Virus record (IMG/VR): IMGVR_UViG_3300045199_000074
Length of the DNA: 64,000 nt
Direction: 5' to 3' (one strand)
From: a virus
The translations under genes and the position numbers were made by a program. Under the pieces are notes generated by a model. That model searched no databases and was not told the origin of the DNA. It worked only from the letters and a program-made list of their open reading frames with translations. Below are positions 37,847 to 46,923 of the stretch, piece by piece. Each line of letters begins with the position of its first letter. Positions within the stretch are counted from its first letter, which is position 1.

Positions 37847-38422
37847 ATGAGTAAATTTACTGAAGCGCAATTGCGCGCATATATCGAAAAGATTTCTGAC
37901 GATCACGGTCTTGGCATTACAATTTCGGACGCTCCTATTCGTTTGGAAGATCGCCATTTTAATTTCAAGGGCCGCATCAAGGGCACTCGTGGCGAAAAAG
38001 TAATTGCCGTCCCGTTTGAGAGTTTCCAGTACGGAGTTATTACGGCTCGTTCGGTGCTCTACGGTACTCATGAACGCGAAATAGCCTGGCTCGTGAACGG
38101 ACAGGCTTGCGGACGTCGAACTGGGGAGGCCGCATGTTTTGTTGGCAGAACTCTTCCCGTGTCTCTCCATATCTCTAAAGCACAGCTGAAAGAATGGACG
38201 CATGAAAATCTCGAACGCGCTCCAGAAGATAAGAAGGCTACGTGGCTGAAACACTTCGATCAGAACTACGAAGGCCTTCTGGAGAAGGGGTTGTATGCCG
38301 ACGAAGCAAGCTTTGGCCGCTATGTTGATAACGGTGGCGATTACCTGAATCTACAGTTGGAACCTATTTCGGTTGCGGCCAACGAGCCTGAGCCTGAAGC
38401 GGTCTCCACGCTGAAGATGTGA
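37847..38422 (+). CDS. hypothetical protein
   Basis: SD GGAGG; 191-aa ORF. Confidence 0.75.
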   Translation: MSKFTEAQLRAYIEKISDDHGLGITISDAPIRLEDRHFNFKGRIKGTRGEKVIAVPFESFQYGVITARSVLYGTHEREIAWLVNGQACGRRTGEAACFVGRTLPVSLHISKAQLKEWTHENLERAPEDKKATWLKHFDQNYEGLLEKGLYADEASFGRYVDNGGDYLNLQLEPISVAANEPEPEAVSTLKM

Positions 38423-38450
38423 CACGAAAAAGGGCGCTCATAGCGCCCTT

Positions 38451-38909
38451 TCACTTTAGTGCTGGTGTCGTGTTGAATTGATTGAGAAGCCCTTGAGCGA
38501 TGATTTTCGCATCCTCTAGTTCCATATCGGTGTAGGGCGCAAGCGGGCGGTCAAATTCCAAATCATTTTCATCGTCCACATAGATTTGGATTAATTCTGC
38601 AGCCGATGCCAATGTGTCCTCTGAATAGAATTGGATATGCAGCCAGCTTTCCATTTCGTTCTGGACATCTGCTAATGGTCGACGGCCTCGAATGTCCCAA
38701 GCCATTTCGTTATCATCGATACAAAATACGTGGCAGACCGAGGCAATGTAGTTGTCTTCGTCGTCTGGATCTATCCAATGTGGCTCGCCATCGTCGAGGA
38801 TGACGAGCATTTTCCAACCTGTTATCTCATGAATGGCAAGAGCGAGCACATGGCAAGAGCCAGTCGTATAGAGATCGATCTCGGTACTTGTTGCTTCGCT
38901 AAATTCCAT
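38451..38909 (-). CDS. hypothetical protein with Cys-His-Asp triad-like motifs
   Basis: GSCHVLALA, CHVFC, WDIRG. Confidence 0.7.
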   Translation of the reverse strand: MEFSEATSTEIDLYTTGSCHVLALAIHEITGWKMLVILDDGEPHWIDPDDEDNYIASVCHVFCIDDNEMAWDIRGRRPLADVQNEMESWLHIQFYSEDTLASAAELIQIYVDDENDLEFDRPLAPYTDMELEDAKIIAQGLLNQFNTTPALK

Positions 38910-38912
38910 GAG

Positions 38913-40112
38913 TTATCGCCTGCCAAATGTCATTCTTGGAGACGGGCGTTCGAAACTTTCATCGTCGTCAATGCCTCCAGACGAGTTACCATAATTTCTG
39001 CCTGCTGAAGTTGGGGTAGATGGTTCTGGATTTTCAAAACCTCTGCGATCAACACGTTCTGTGTTCATGCGTTTTACAGATTCATCATCAAATAGCTTCA
39101 AAATAGTAGTTGGAGTGTTGCCATAGCCACGTTTGTTAGTTGGTAATCGTTCAATGCTCACAGGATCACGTTTAAAAACAGGAGCCATTGATGAGATGAC
39201 AGGAATGATTTTACCCGTCTTGCCTCCGAATGCCCATTCTTCTTCCATTGAAATAACTACAAGTGAGGGTAGGAAACCAATCTGGTTGCCAATCGCGTAT
39301 TGCGAACTGAAGTTTCCGATTACTGATTTACCTGTTTCATTTCTTGGATTCACGTCTTTGATCACTTGCTCCTTACCCATTTGCAATGACCAGGCGGGTA
39401 TTATTTCAAGCAAGTAGTCCGAAGCAGGTGTAACTCCGGCATGATTTAGATCATCGATAAGATGATCAATAGTCTTTTCATGGGTATGGAAAAACGTTTC
39501 TGTCTGCCCGTGGCTATCACGAATAAAAAATCCTGGGTTCCCTCCAGGCCAACGTTCACTTTTGATACGATCAAAAGCTACACGAAGCCCTTCTTCAGAA
39601 TTAACAACCATCGCTTTAGCGCCATCTGTAATAATTCCGGACTGCAAAGCACCTTTTTTATTCACGTTAGCTTTAGTCGGCCGCGTCATCGCGGTCATTA
39701 CCTGTACTTCTCCAAGAAGTTTGTCGTGGACACGCGCAACCACAGCACCGACCATTACCTTATTATTTTCTACATAGCTGCGGTCAAATCCTATTACATC
39801 GCCTTTTATGGCAGAAGAAATCCATTCATTGCCAGCAATTGCTGTTTTTAGTGAATTACGATCTGAAATATGACCTGTTGCTTGTTTCAAAGCAATTTTT
39901 TGCCCTGCCTTAAGCCCGTATGCATCAACAAGAAGGTGGCCTTTTATTTCATCGCTGCCAATAACTTCATCTATGGTCACAAAAACTGGCAATCCAACAG
40001 CGAGTTTTTCCTTACTTTTTTCAACAGCCGAGTTAAATGCGGCTTCACCACTCGCTCGAAGGCTAAATCCATTAGGTCTTTTAGAATTTGATAAGACCAT
40101 AATATTCTCCAA
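38913..40112 (-). CDS. hypothetical protein
   Basis: 399-aa ORF; disordered C-terminal tail. Confidence 0.8.
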   Translation of the reverse strand: MENIMVLSNSKRPNGFSLRASGEAAFNSAVEKSKEKLAVGLPVFVTIDEVIGSDEIKGHLLVDAYGLKAGQKIALKQATGHISDRNSLKTAIAGNEWISSAIKGDVIGFDRSYVENNKVMVGAVVARVHDKLLGEVQVMTAMTRPTKANVNKKGALQSGIITDGAKAMVVNSEEGLRVAFDRIKSERWPGGNPGFFIRDSHGQTETFFHTHEKTIDHLIDDLNHAGVTPASDYLLEIIPAWSLQMGKEQVIKDVNPRNETGKSVIGNFSSQYAIGNQIGFLPSLVVISMEEEWAFGGKTGKIIPVISSMAPVFKRDPVSIERLPTNKRGYGNTPTTILKLFDDESVKRMNTERVDRRGFENPEPSTPTSAGRNYGNSSGGIDDDESFERPSPRMTFGRR

Positions 40113-40168
40113 ATATTAATTTGGGGAATTGTTTCATTTTTTAATGCATAAATCTAATCGGCGGAAGA

Positions 40169-40245
40169 TGGAAGACGCATTCGGGATTGAACCGAAGACC
40201 TGCGGTTTAAGAGACCGCCGCTCTAACCTGCTGAGCTATACGTCC
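40169..40245 (-). tRNA. tRNA-Lys(CTT)
   Basis: GCGGT-CT-CTT-AA-ACCGC; U73; CCA. Confidence 0.94.
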
Positions 40246-40259
40246 ATAGTGAGAACAAT

Positions 40260-40337
40260 TGGTGAACGCGGTGGGATTCGAACCCACGTAGACAGGGATT
40301 AAAAGTCCCTCGCTAAAACCTACTCAGCTACGCGTCC
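40260..40337 (-). tRNA. tRNA-Lys(TTT)
   Basis: AGGGA-CT-TTT-AA-TCCCT; CCA. Confidence 0.95.
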
Positions 40338-40350
40338 ATTTGATAATCTT

Positions 40351-40418
40351 AATATGACATATCTAAATATCGTCGTCAACATTAAAAATAAAGAATATGT
40401 AATTATTTCAATGTGTTA
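40351..40418 (-). promoter_or_regulatory. internal promoter of tRNA cluster 3 with upstream motif
   Basis: TTGACG(40379-40374)-17 nt-CATATT with TG extension; TAA-N4-TTGAAA at 40418-40406. Confidence 0.65.
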
Positions 40419-40503
40419 GAATTACAGGCAAGCAAAACTGTGGCGCTAAATACGGCGCTTATAACGAATAGTAATTAGGTTTTATTTCTTGGCACTGCGC
40501 AAT

Positions 40504-40530
40504 AAAAAGGCCGCGAGGACATCGCGGCTC
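40504..40530 (-). terminator. attenuator terminator of tRNA cluster 3
   Basis: GCCGCGA-TGTCC-TCGCGGC-CTTTTT. Confidence 0.8.
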
Positions 40531-40554
40531 ACAAAGAGTACGAATATCCTTCTG

Positions 40555-40608
40555 CTAGGATGCGCAGTGCTGTGGTTTTCGTTTAAGTGCAGTCATAAAA
40601 GTTGACAT
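40555..40608 (-). CDS. putative attenuator leader peptide MSTFMTALKRKPQHCAS
   Basis: SD AAGGA; AAA CGA AAA block; followed by alternative 1:2, 2:3 and 3:4 stems. Confidence 0.7.
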   Translation of the reverse strand: MSTFMTALKRKPQHCAS

Positions 40609-40784
40609 TGTAATTTCCTTGTATTTTCAGAATTACCCATACCCGATCTATTCGGGCTAAACAAGCGCATCTTATTCATTATTTCATGTAAAAATCTGAT
40701 CTAATTATTCTCTCCTTATTAAATTTCGTTGCGGAATACGATATGTCGAGCCATCATAAATTGAATTAATCAGGAGCAAAAGCA

Positions 40785-41363
40785 TTGGCCAAAACTCGAA
40801 TTGGTATGGGACAGGAGGCCTTGGCTGTTATTGCGCCAGAGTTGATAAACTTTATCCGCTCTGTATCTGCTATTGAGCGTTGTTCTGCACTTGCAGTTTC
40901 GAACGCTTTGCTTTTGAAGTCAGCTTCTCATTGGGGACGTGAAATCACTCATCAGCCTATGAAAATCAAACCAGAGAAAATCACTGCTGTTCTCGACGCT
41001 CTGCATGATCAGTATGTTCGGTTGGAAACGGCATTTGATAATACGGACGGCAGTAATATGAATGACGTTTATGTAATGGCCTGCAAATGGGAAATGATTG
41101 CGACCCAGGTGGTAATGGTGACTGTTGGCGCTAGTCTTTCTCGTGAATACGCAAATGTGGCAAATCAGGCTTGGAAACATTTGGCTAAATCGAGGCATGT
41201 TGCCCAACTCGCTGTAAATTCCCTTTTGGAATACGGAAAATTCTATCAGGACTCCCCTGTTCCTCTCCTGCCTGGTAAACAACCAACCAAAAATTATTTG
41301 TTCGCTTTGGCGACTAATTTACCTCCGATGTTTAGTGTAAAGAAGAAAGTTCAGCAAAAATGA
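40785..41363 (+). CDS. hypothetical protein
   Basis: SD AGGAG, TTG start; overlaps the PBP start. Confidence 0.75.
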   Translation: MAKTRIGMGQEALAVIAPELINFIRSVSAIERCSALAVSNALLLKSASHWGREITHQPMKIKPEKITAVLDALHDQYVRLETAFDNTDGSNMNDVYVMACKWEMIATQVVMVTVGASLSREYANVANQAWKHLAKSRHVAQLAVNSLLEYGKFYQDSPVPLLPGKQPTKNYLFALATNLPPMFSVKKKVQQK

Positions 41364-43615
41364 GTTTAGCAAGAACACTCATGTCGGGGATATCAGTCCT
41401 TGGCCTGACTGGTACTTTGATAATTGGTTCTGTTGGTCTGTCGTATATTAAGAATGTTGATGGAACTCTTCCTGATCATAAGGTTCTTAACTCATGGGTT
41501 CCTTCTGAAGGGACAACTATTATCTCCAGTGATGGTGTATTGCTTGGTGTTCATGCTAAAGAGCATCGTAAATTTGTTCCCTTGAAAGAAATTCCTAATG
41601 TTTTGATTTCTGCATTTATTTCGGCAGAGGACGGGAATTATTGGCACCATCACGGCATTGATGTAGTTTCAATTACACGTGCAGCTCTTTCTAATTTGAA
41701 ATCAGGGCCAGATACTCGACTTGAAGGTGGCTCAACGATAACACAACAGGTGGTCAAAAATATGCTTTTGACATCTGAACGTACTCTTGATCGAAAGATA
41801 AAGGAGGCAATTCTCGCTCTTAAATCTGATCGAGATATCGGTAAAAATAAAATTCTAGAGATATATCTTAATCAGATTTATTTTGGATCTGGCGCTTATG
41901 GTGTGTCGGTGGCGGCTGAGACATATTTTGGTAAAGATCTTTCAGAATTGAGTATTGCAGAAGCGGCCATGTTGGCTGGTCTCCCAAAGGCACCAAGTGC
42001 TGCTAATCCATACACAAATCCCGAACGTGCGCTTGATCGACGGAATTATGTTCTCCGTAGAATGTTGGAAAATGGATATATTTCAGAGCAAGAGCATAAA
42101 GTTGCCGTATCTATCCCTATGAACGCGAATAAAAATAGCGTCAACGTTGCTACTGGTGATCCTTCTATGTGGTATGCGCAGGAAGCTGTTCGAAGACAGA
42201 TACTCCAGTCCCATGGTGAAAAACAACTTTATGAAGGTGGAGGCGATGTTGTTTCAACGATCAATTCACGTATTCAAAAAATAGTTCATGCTGAATTACG
42301 TCGGCATCTTGTTCTTGAGGATCGAAAGTCTGGTTGGAGGGGTCCGCTTAAGACGGGTTATATCGGCAGTATTGACTGGACGTCTCCATTGCTTGCAAAG
42401 CCATCGGGTGCGGAAGATTGGTCTGTTGCAGTGGTTCTGTCTGCAAATCGCGATGCATTGCTCGAAACTGAGAATGGAGAAGTTTCCATCACAGGCGTTA
42501 GTCTTTCATGGGCAACACCTAAAAAACACGCTGCTTCCATTCTAAAGCCAGGTGATGTGGTTTTGCTTGCAGACCTGGGAAGTGGTTTAGAACTTGTTCA
42601 GTTGCCCGTTCTTCAGGGGGCAGTTGTCGTTATGAACCCCAATGACGGCTCAGTTCTTGGCCTTGCAGGTGGATTTAGCGGTGAAACCAGCGAGTTTGAT
42701 CGTGCTACGCAAGCAAAGAGACAGACAGGCTCTGTTTTCAAACCTTTTGTTTATATGGCTGCCATTGAAGCTGGCTACAATGCAACGTCTCCGGTTCTTG
42801 ATAGCCCGATTGCAATAGATCAAGGGACAGGGAAACGTGATTGGCGTCCTAGCGGCGGTTCGTCTGGTGGATTAGGAATGATTACATTTCGTAGATCACT
42901 AGAATTGTCTCGAAATTTATCTACTGTTCGACTTCTCTATGATCTCGGTATGGATCGTGTTGTTAATCTAGCTACGCGCGTCGGCTTTAAAATGCCAGCA
43001 AATGCATCATATGCCATGGCTCTGGGTGCGACTGAAGCAACACCTATGGAAGTCGCAAGCGCATATTCAGCATTTGCAAATGGCGGGTATCGTGTTCAGC
43101 CTAAACTTTTATCTGGCGACATCGAAGCTCAACAAAGAGTTTTCCAACCGATGGATGTTGCCAAGATTACGTCCATCTTGGAAGGTGTGGTTAAGGCTGG
43201 TACGGCGCAAAAAGCGTTTTCAAAGTTCAAGCATCCGCTTGCTGGCAAGACTGGAACAACCAACGAATCCCGCGATGCTTGGTTTGCAGCCTATGGGCCA
43301 GATATTGTGATCGTTGGTTGGTTGGGGCGTGATGATGATGCTCCGCTTTACAAAGGGGCTGCAGGTGGTTCAAGTGCGGCTCCTTTGGTCAGGGATATTC
43401 TAGACGATCTGGATGGATTGGTTCCACTTAATGATTTTCGTATTCCTGCTGAAGCTGAAACCGTTCTTGTAAACCGAAAAACAGGAGCTGTTGATCCTGA
43501 TGGTGATGTTCTGGAAGTGATGTCTACCGATGAAATTAGACAACTTACGCCATCAGAACCTGAGAAAAACGTGGAAGACTATGTCGATAGTGATCAGGAG
43601 TTTTTTGACGAATAG
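41360..43615 (+). CDS. class A penicillin-binding protein (PBP1A-like)
   Basis: transglycosylase motifs AED..Y.H.GID, GGSTITQQ, RKIKE; transpeptidase motifs SVFK, SRN, KTG. Confidence 0.95.
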   Translation: MSLARTLMSGISVLGLTGTLIIGSVGLSYIKNVDGTLPDHKVLNSWVPSEGTTIISSDGVLLGVHAKEHRKFVPLKEIPNVLISAFISAEDGNYWHHHGIDVVSITRAALSNLKSGPDTRLEGGSTITQQVVKNMLLTSERTLDRKIKEAILALKSDRDIGKNKILEIYLNQIYFGSGAYGVSVAAETYFGKDLSELSIAEAAMLAGLPKAPSAANPYTNPERALDRRNYVLRRMLENGYISEQEHKVAVSIPMNANKNSVNVATGDPSMWYAQEAVRRQILQSHGEKQLYEGGGDVVSTINSRIQKIVHAELRRHLVLEDRKSGWRGPLKTGYIGSIDWTSPLLAKPSGAEDWSVAVVLSANRDALLETENGEVSITGVSLSWATPKKHAASILKPGDVVLLADLGSGLELVQLPVLQGAVVVMNPNDGSVLGLAGGFSGETSEFDRATQAKRQTGSVFKPFVYMAAIEAGYNATSPVLDSPIAIDQGTGKRDWRPSGGSSGGLGMITFRRSLELSRNLSTVRLLYDLGMDRVVNLATRVGFKMPANASYAMALGATEATPMEVASAYSAFANGGYRVQPKLLSGDIEAQQRVFQPMDVAKITSILEGVVKAGTAQKAFSKFKHPLAGKTGTTNESRDAWFAAYGPDIVIVGWLGRDDDAPLYKGAAGGSSAAPLVRDILDDLDGLVPLNDFRIPAEAETVLVNRKTGAVDPDGDVLEVMSTDEIRQLTPSEPEKNVEDYVDSDQEFFDE

Positions 43616-43742
43616 TTTTAGAAATTTATCAAAGAATGATGAGAAAATGGCATTTCAGGCTGACATTACAATAAAATCATTGACTTTTATCTCGCCGACA
43701 CGATCCACTGAGATGGGTGGAAAAAGTTGAAGGGAGTGACTT

Positions 43743-44483
43743 TTGGTGCATTCACGGGATTCTGCCTTGGCAGAGCCTATGTTAAAACCTGATGAAGAGG
43801 CGAGGCTTATCAAGGATTGGCAACAGAATAAAAATGAGCGTGCGAAAGAGCGCATTATTAAATCTTATATGCGCTCTTGCTATTCTTTTGCCTCACGCTA
43901 CACTAAAAATGAGACTGACATGCGCGATCTCGCCCAAGAAGGCAGTCTTGGAATTTGTCGTGCTCTAGATAAATATGATTTTAGCTATAACGTAAAATTT
44001 TCAACATATTGCTTTTACTGGATTGAGAATTTTGTAGCTGATGCTGCATCAAGAACATTAAACGTAATCTATGTTCCATCACGCGCCTTTCTAGCTTCCC
44101 GAATGGGAAAATTAGATGGCGAGCGCGGCCGTTCGGCATTTAATGCTACCAATAATCTTATAGCGCTAGAAGCGCCTACAGATGAATCCGGGCAGACATT
44201 TAGCGAAAGAATTGCTGATAAACAGCCAAATCCAGAAGAAATAATGATCCAGGAAACGCTTCAGGAGGAATATAAGCGTTTAATTACCCGTGCCTTGTTT
44301 GGGTTAACGCCAAGGGAACAAAAAGTAATTGTCGAAAGAAAATTAACTGAGCCGCCTCGTACTTTGGAAGAGATATCTGTAGATTTAAAGCTAACGAGGG
44401 AGCGCGTAAGACAAATAGAAATTAATGCTATGAAAAAAATGGCCGCAACCTTATCTGACGTAGATGGTGCGGCTCATTTTTGA
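43743..44483 (+). CDS. sigma70-family (RpoH-like) sigma factor
   Basis: DLAQEG.LG..RA..KYD....KFSTY, region 4 TLEEI....TRERVRQIE. Confidence 0.88.
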   Translation: MVHSRDSALAEPMLKPDEEARLIKDWQQNKNERAKERIIKSYMRSCYSFASRYTKNETDMRDLAQEGSLGICRALDKYDFSYNVKFSTYCFYWIENFVADAASRTLNVIYVPSRAFLASRMGKLDGERGRSAFNATNNLIALEAPTDESGQTFSERIADKQPNPEEIMIQETLQEEYKRLITRALFGLTPREQKVIVERKLTEPPRTLEEISVDLKLTRERVRQIEINAMKKMAATLSDVDGAAHF

Positions 44484-44529
44484 AATTTGTATTAATTCGA
44501 CTATATCAGGTAGGGAACAAACCTTTGGA

Positions 44530-44991
44530 TTACTTTACGCCAGTTGATCCGTAACCACCCTCACCGCGTTTTGTGGCCGAAGTGAACTCTTTGACTTCAG
44601 AAAGCTCCGTTCGGACGATAGGCAGGAAAATCATTTGAATAAATCTATCTCCTGGTTCAATTACAAGATTTTCTCCCTTTTGTGAATCCCATTCCAGAAC
44701 AGCTGAGATTTCGCCTTGATAATCGGAATCAATCAATCCAACAGTATTTGCTAGCCGAAGGCCTTTTGATCCAAGACCTGATCGGGGCATTAAAATAGCC
44801 GCAATATTCGTATCTCCAATGTGAATTGCGAAACCAAGAGGAACTTTTACGCGTTGCCCTTGAACCAGTATTAGAGGCTCAGTTCCGATGTATCGGATGT
44901 CGTATCCTGCAGCACCATCTGTTCCCTTTGAGGGAATGGCGTTGATTTCCTTAATTCGTGGATTGATTATTTTTACTTCAACGTTATGCAT
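44530..44991 (-). CDS. dut: dUTPase
   Basis: AAGYDI, PRSGLG, GLIDSDYQGEI, GDRFIQ, RGEGGYGSTG. Confidence 0.97.
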   Translation of the reverse strand: MHNVEVKIINPRIKEINAIPSKGTDGAAGYDIRYIGTEPLILVQGQRVKVPLGFAIHIGDTNIAAILMPRSGLGSKGLRLANTVGLIDSDYQGEISAVLEWDSQKGENLVIEPGDRFIQMIFLPIVRTELSEVKEFTSATKRGEGGYGSTGVK

Positions 44992-45440
44992 TCGTTTTCC
45001 CAATATTCAATTCTTAGGTTTGGTGTTTTTTCAAGGCTTCTGATTAATTTCCAGCCATCCTTAGTTCGCAAGTCTGGCATAAATGTATCACAGTCGTAAA
45101 TCCCATTAATTCGACTTATCTCGGCGCAATTACAGAAATTCAATGCGCTCTCATAAATTTTCGCGCCGCCTGCAATTATTAATTCATCAATTTCCAATCG
45201 TTTAAAATGCGATATTGCTTCTTCAAGCGTTTTGAAGCCTCCATTTACAGATGATATCGAATGGATTCTTCTTCCTTCTAATGGCGGCAATGTCTCCATT
45301 GTTTTTCTGCCAACGATTAAATCTTTCCCCATTGTTCTGGATTTAAAATGTTTTAAATCGTCCTTATGTGTCCATGGGAGATGGCCATTTATGCCAATCC
45401 CCCAGTTGTTATCTACGGCTGAAATCAGGGAAATTTTCAT
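44973..45440 (-). CDS. folA: dihydrofolate reductase
   Basis: GIGINGHLPW..DLKHFK..T, VGRKT, PLEGR, AGGAKIY, CDTFMP. Confidence 0.95.
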   Translation of the reverse strand: MKISLISAVDNNWGIGINGHLPWTHKDDLKHFKSRTMGKDLIVGRKTMETLPPLEGRRIHSISSVNGGFKTLEEAISHFKRLEIDELIIAGGAKIYESALNFCNCAEISRINGIYDCDTFMPDLRTKDGWKLIRSLEKTPNLRIEYWENECITLK

Positions 45441-45441
45441 A

Positions 45442-46371
45442 TTAAACCGCCACAGGTGCTTCAATTGGTGGATGAGGATTATAGCCAGTGACCTCGAAGT
45501 CATCGATTGTATAATCGTCAATCGAATTTGGTTTTCTTAGTAAGCGGATTTTCGGGAATGGTCGAGGCTCGCGGCTAAGAAGCGTTTCAGCCATTTCGAT
45601 ATGGTTCAAATATAAATGTGTATCGCCTCCGTTCCAAACCAACTCTCCTGGCACCATGTCAACCTGTTGAGCTATCATGTGTAGAAGCGCCGCTTGCTGG
45701 GCGATGTTGAAGGGGTTTCCGAGCCCAATATCACAGGATCTCTGGCCAACGAGAAGAGAGATTTTGCTTTTCGCGCCCGTGTCTCCGGAGCTTTCAGGCA
45801 TCTCGCTCACGTAAAACTGGTAGGTCATATGGCAAGGGTGAAGCGCCATCTGATCTAGCTCACCAACATTCCACGCATGAAATATCATACGACGGCTGGC
45901 AGGGTTCTTCCTCAACGTCTCGATCACCTGAGCAATCTGGTCATGTTCGTTGCCGTTGGCATCTACCCAACGTCTCCACTGCTTTCCATAGACGGGTCCA
46001 AGATCACCCCACTTCATTGCAAAAGCGTCGTCAGCAAGAATCTTGGCCTCAAAATCCTCCTGAGAAATTTGATTGCCTGTAGCTTTGCGATAAGACGCCA
46101 ATGGCCAGTCGGTCCAGATGCGGACGTTTTCTCGTAGCAGCGACTGAATATTGGTCTGCCCGGTTAAAAACCAGAGCATCTCTCGTACGGCTGTTTTCCA
46201 GTAGACACGCTTTGTTGTATAGACAGGGAAGGTTCCGTCAGAAAGATCGAAACGCATAGAAGCACCAAACAGGGATAAAGTGCCTACTCCTGTGCGGTCG
46301 ATACGTCGATCACCTTTTTCAAGAATCTGTTTAATTAAGTCAAGATATTGATATTCAGGGTGTCTTGTCAT
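45442..46371 (-). CDS. thyA: thymidylate synthase
   Basis: DRTGVGT, EMLWFL, LGPVYGKQWR, ALHPCH, QRSCD.GLG.PFN, HLYLNH. Confidence 0.97.
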   Translation of the reverse strand: MTRHPEYQYLDLIKQILEKGDRRIDRTGVGTLSLFGASMRFDLSDGTFPVYTTKRVYWKTAVREMLWFLTGQTNIQSLLRENVRIWTDWPLASYRKATGNQISQEDFEAKILADDAFAMKWGDLGPVYGKQWRRWVDANGNEHDQIAQVIETLRKNPASRRMIFHAWNVGELDQMALHPCHMTYQFYVSEMPESSGDTGAKSKISLLVGQRSCDIGLGNPFNIAQQAALLHMIAQQVDMVPGELVWNGGDTHLYLNHIEMAETLLSREPRPFPKIRLLRKPNSIDDYTIDDFEVTGYNPHPPIEAPVAV

Positions 46372-46517
46372 TGTAGTCTCCGACTTGATAATACGCGAAA
46401 TATTTTGATGCATAATGAAGATTCCAACAAGCCAATTTGAGTGACTTGCCTACTCCATAACTTGCGACGATTATATATTAAATAACGTTGTCTAAATATG
46501 CTTTCGGGAGGCAGTAA

Positions 46518-46847
46518 TTGAAAAATTTAACTATGAATGGGTTTCAAAAGGCATTGCAGGCGGCATGTTCAGTCCTTGGCTTGCCGCCTGGTGCCGTTCA
46601 AATTAACGGGTCAGCACTGCTTATACCTTCGGAAAATATCGCAATAACTCCTGAATTATCGGGAAACACCAGAGTCTGGCTTGTAACAACGACTTTTACG
46701 GTCGGATCGATTGATGGGTTGACGGATCGAGAAATTACTAATGTTCTTTTTGAAGAACCACTTAATAATATATGGGCAGTCTCCAGGAGAGTTGCGTTGT
46801 ATTTAGCTGAACGGAATATCGATATCGCTATTGAAAACAGTCTCTAA
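46518..46847 (+). CDS. hypothetical protein
   Basis: SD GGAGG before a TTG start. Confidence 0.65.
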   Translation: MKNLTMNGFQKALQAACSVLGLPPGAVQINGSALLIPSENIAITPELSGNTRVWLVTTTFTVGSIDGLTDREITNVLFEEPLNNIWAVSRRVALYLAERNIDIAIENSL

Positions 46848-46923
46848 GCACCGGCATTAGTTCATTGCCTTTGCTATCGTCATAATGCTTCATAATTATT
46901 ACGAACTATGGAGGAGGTGATAT

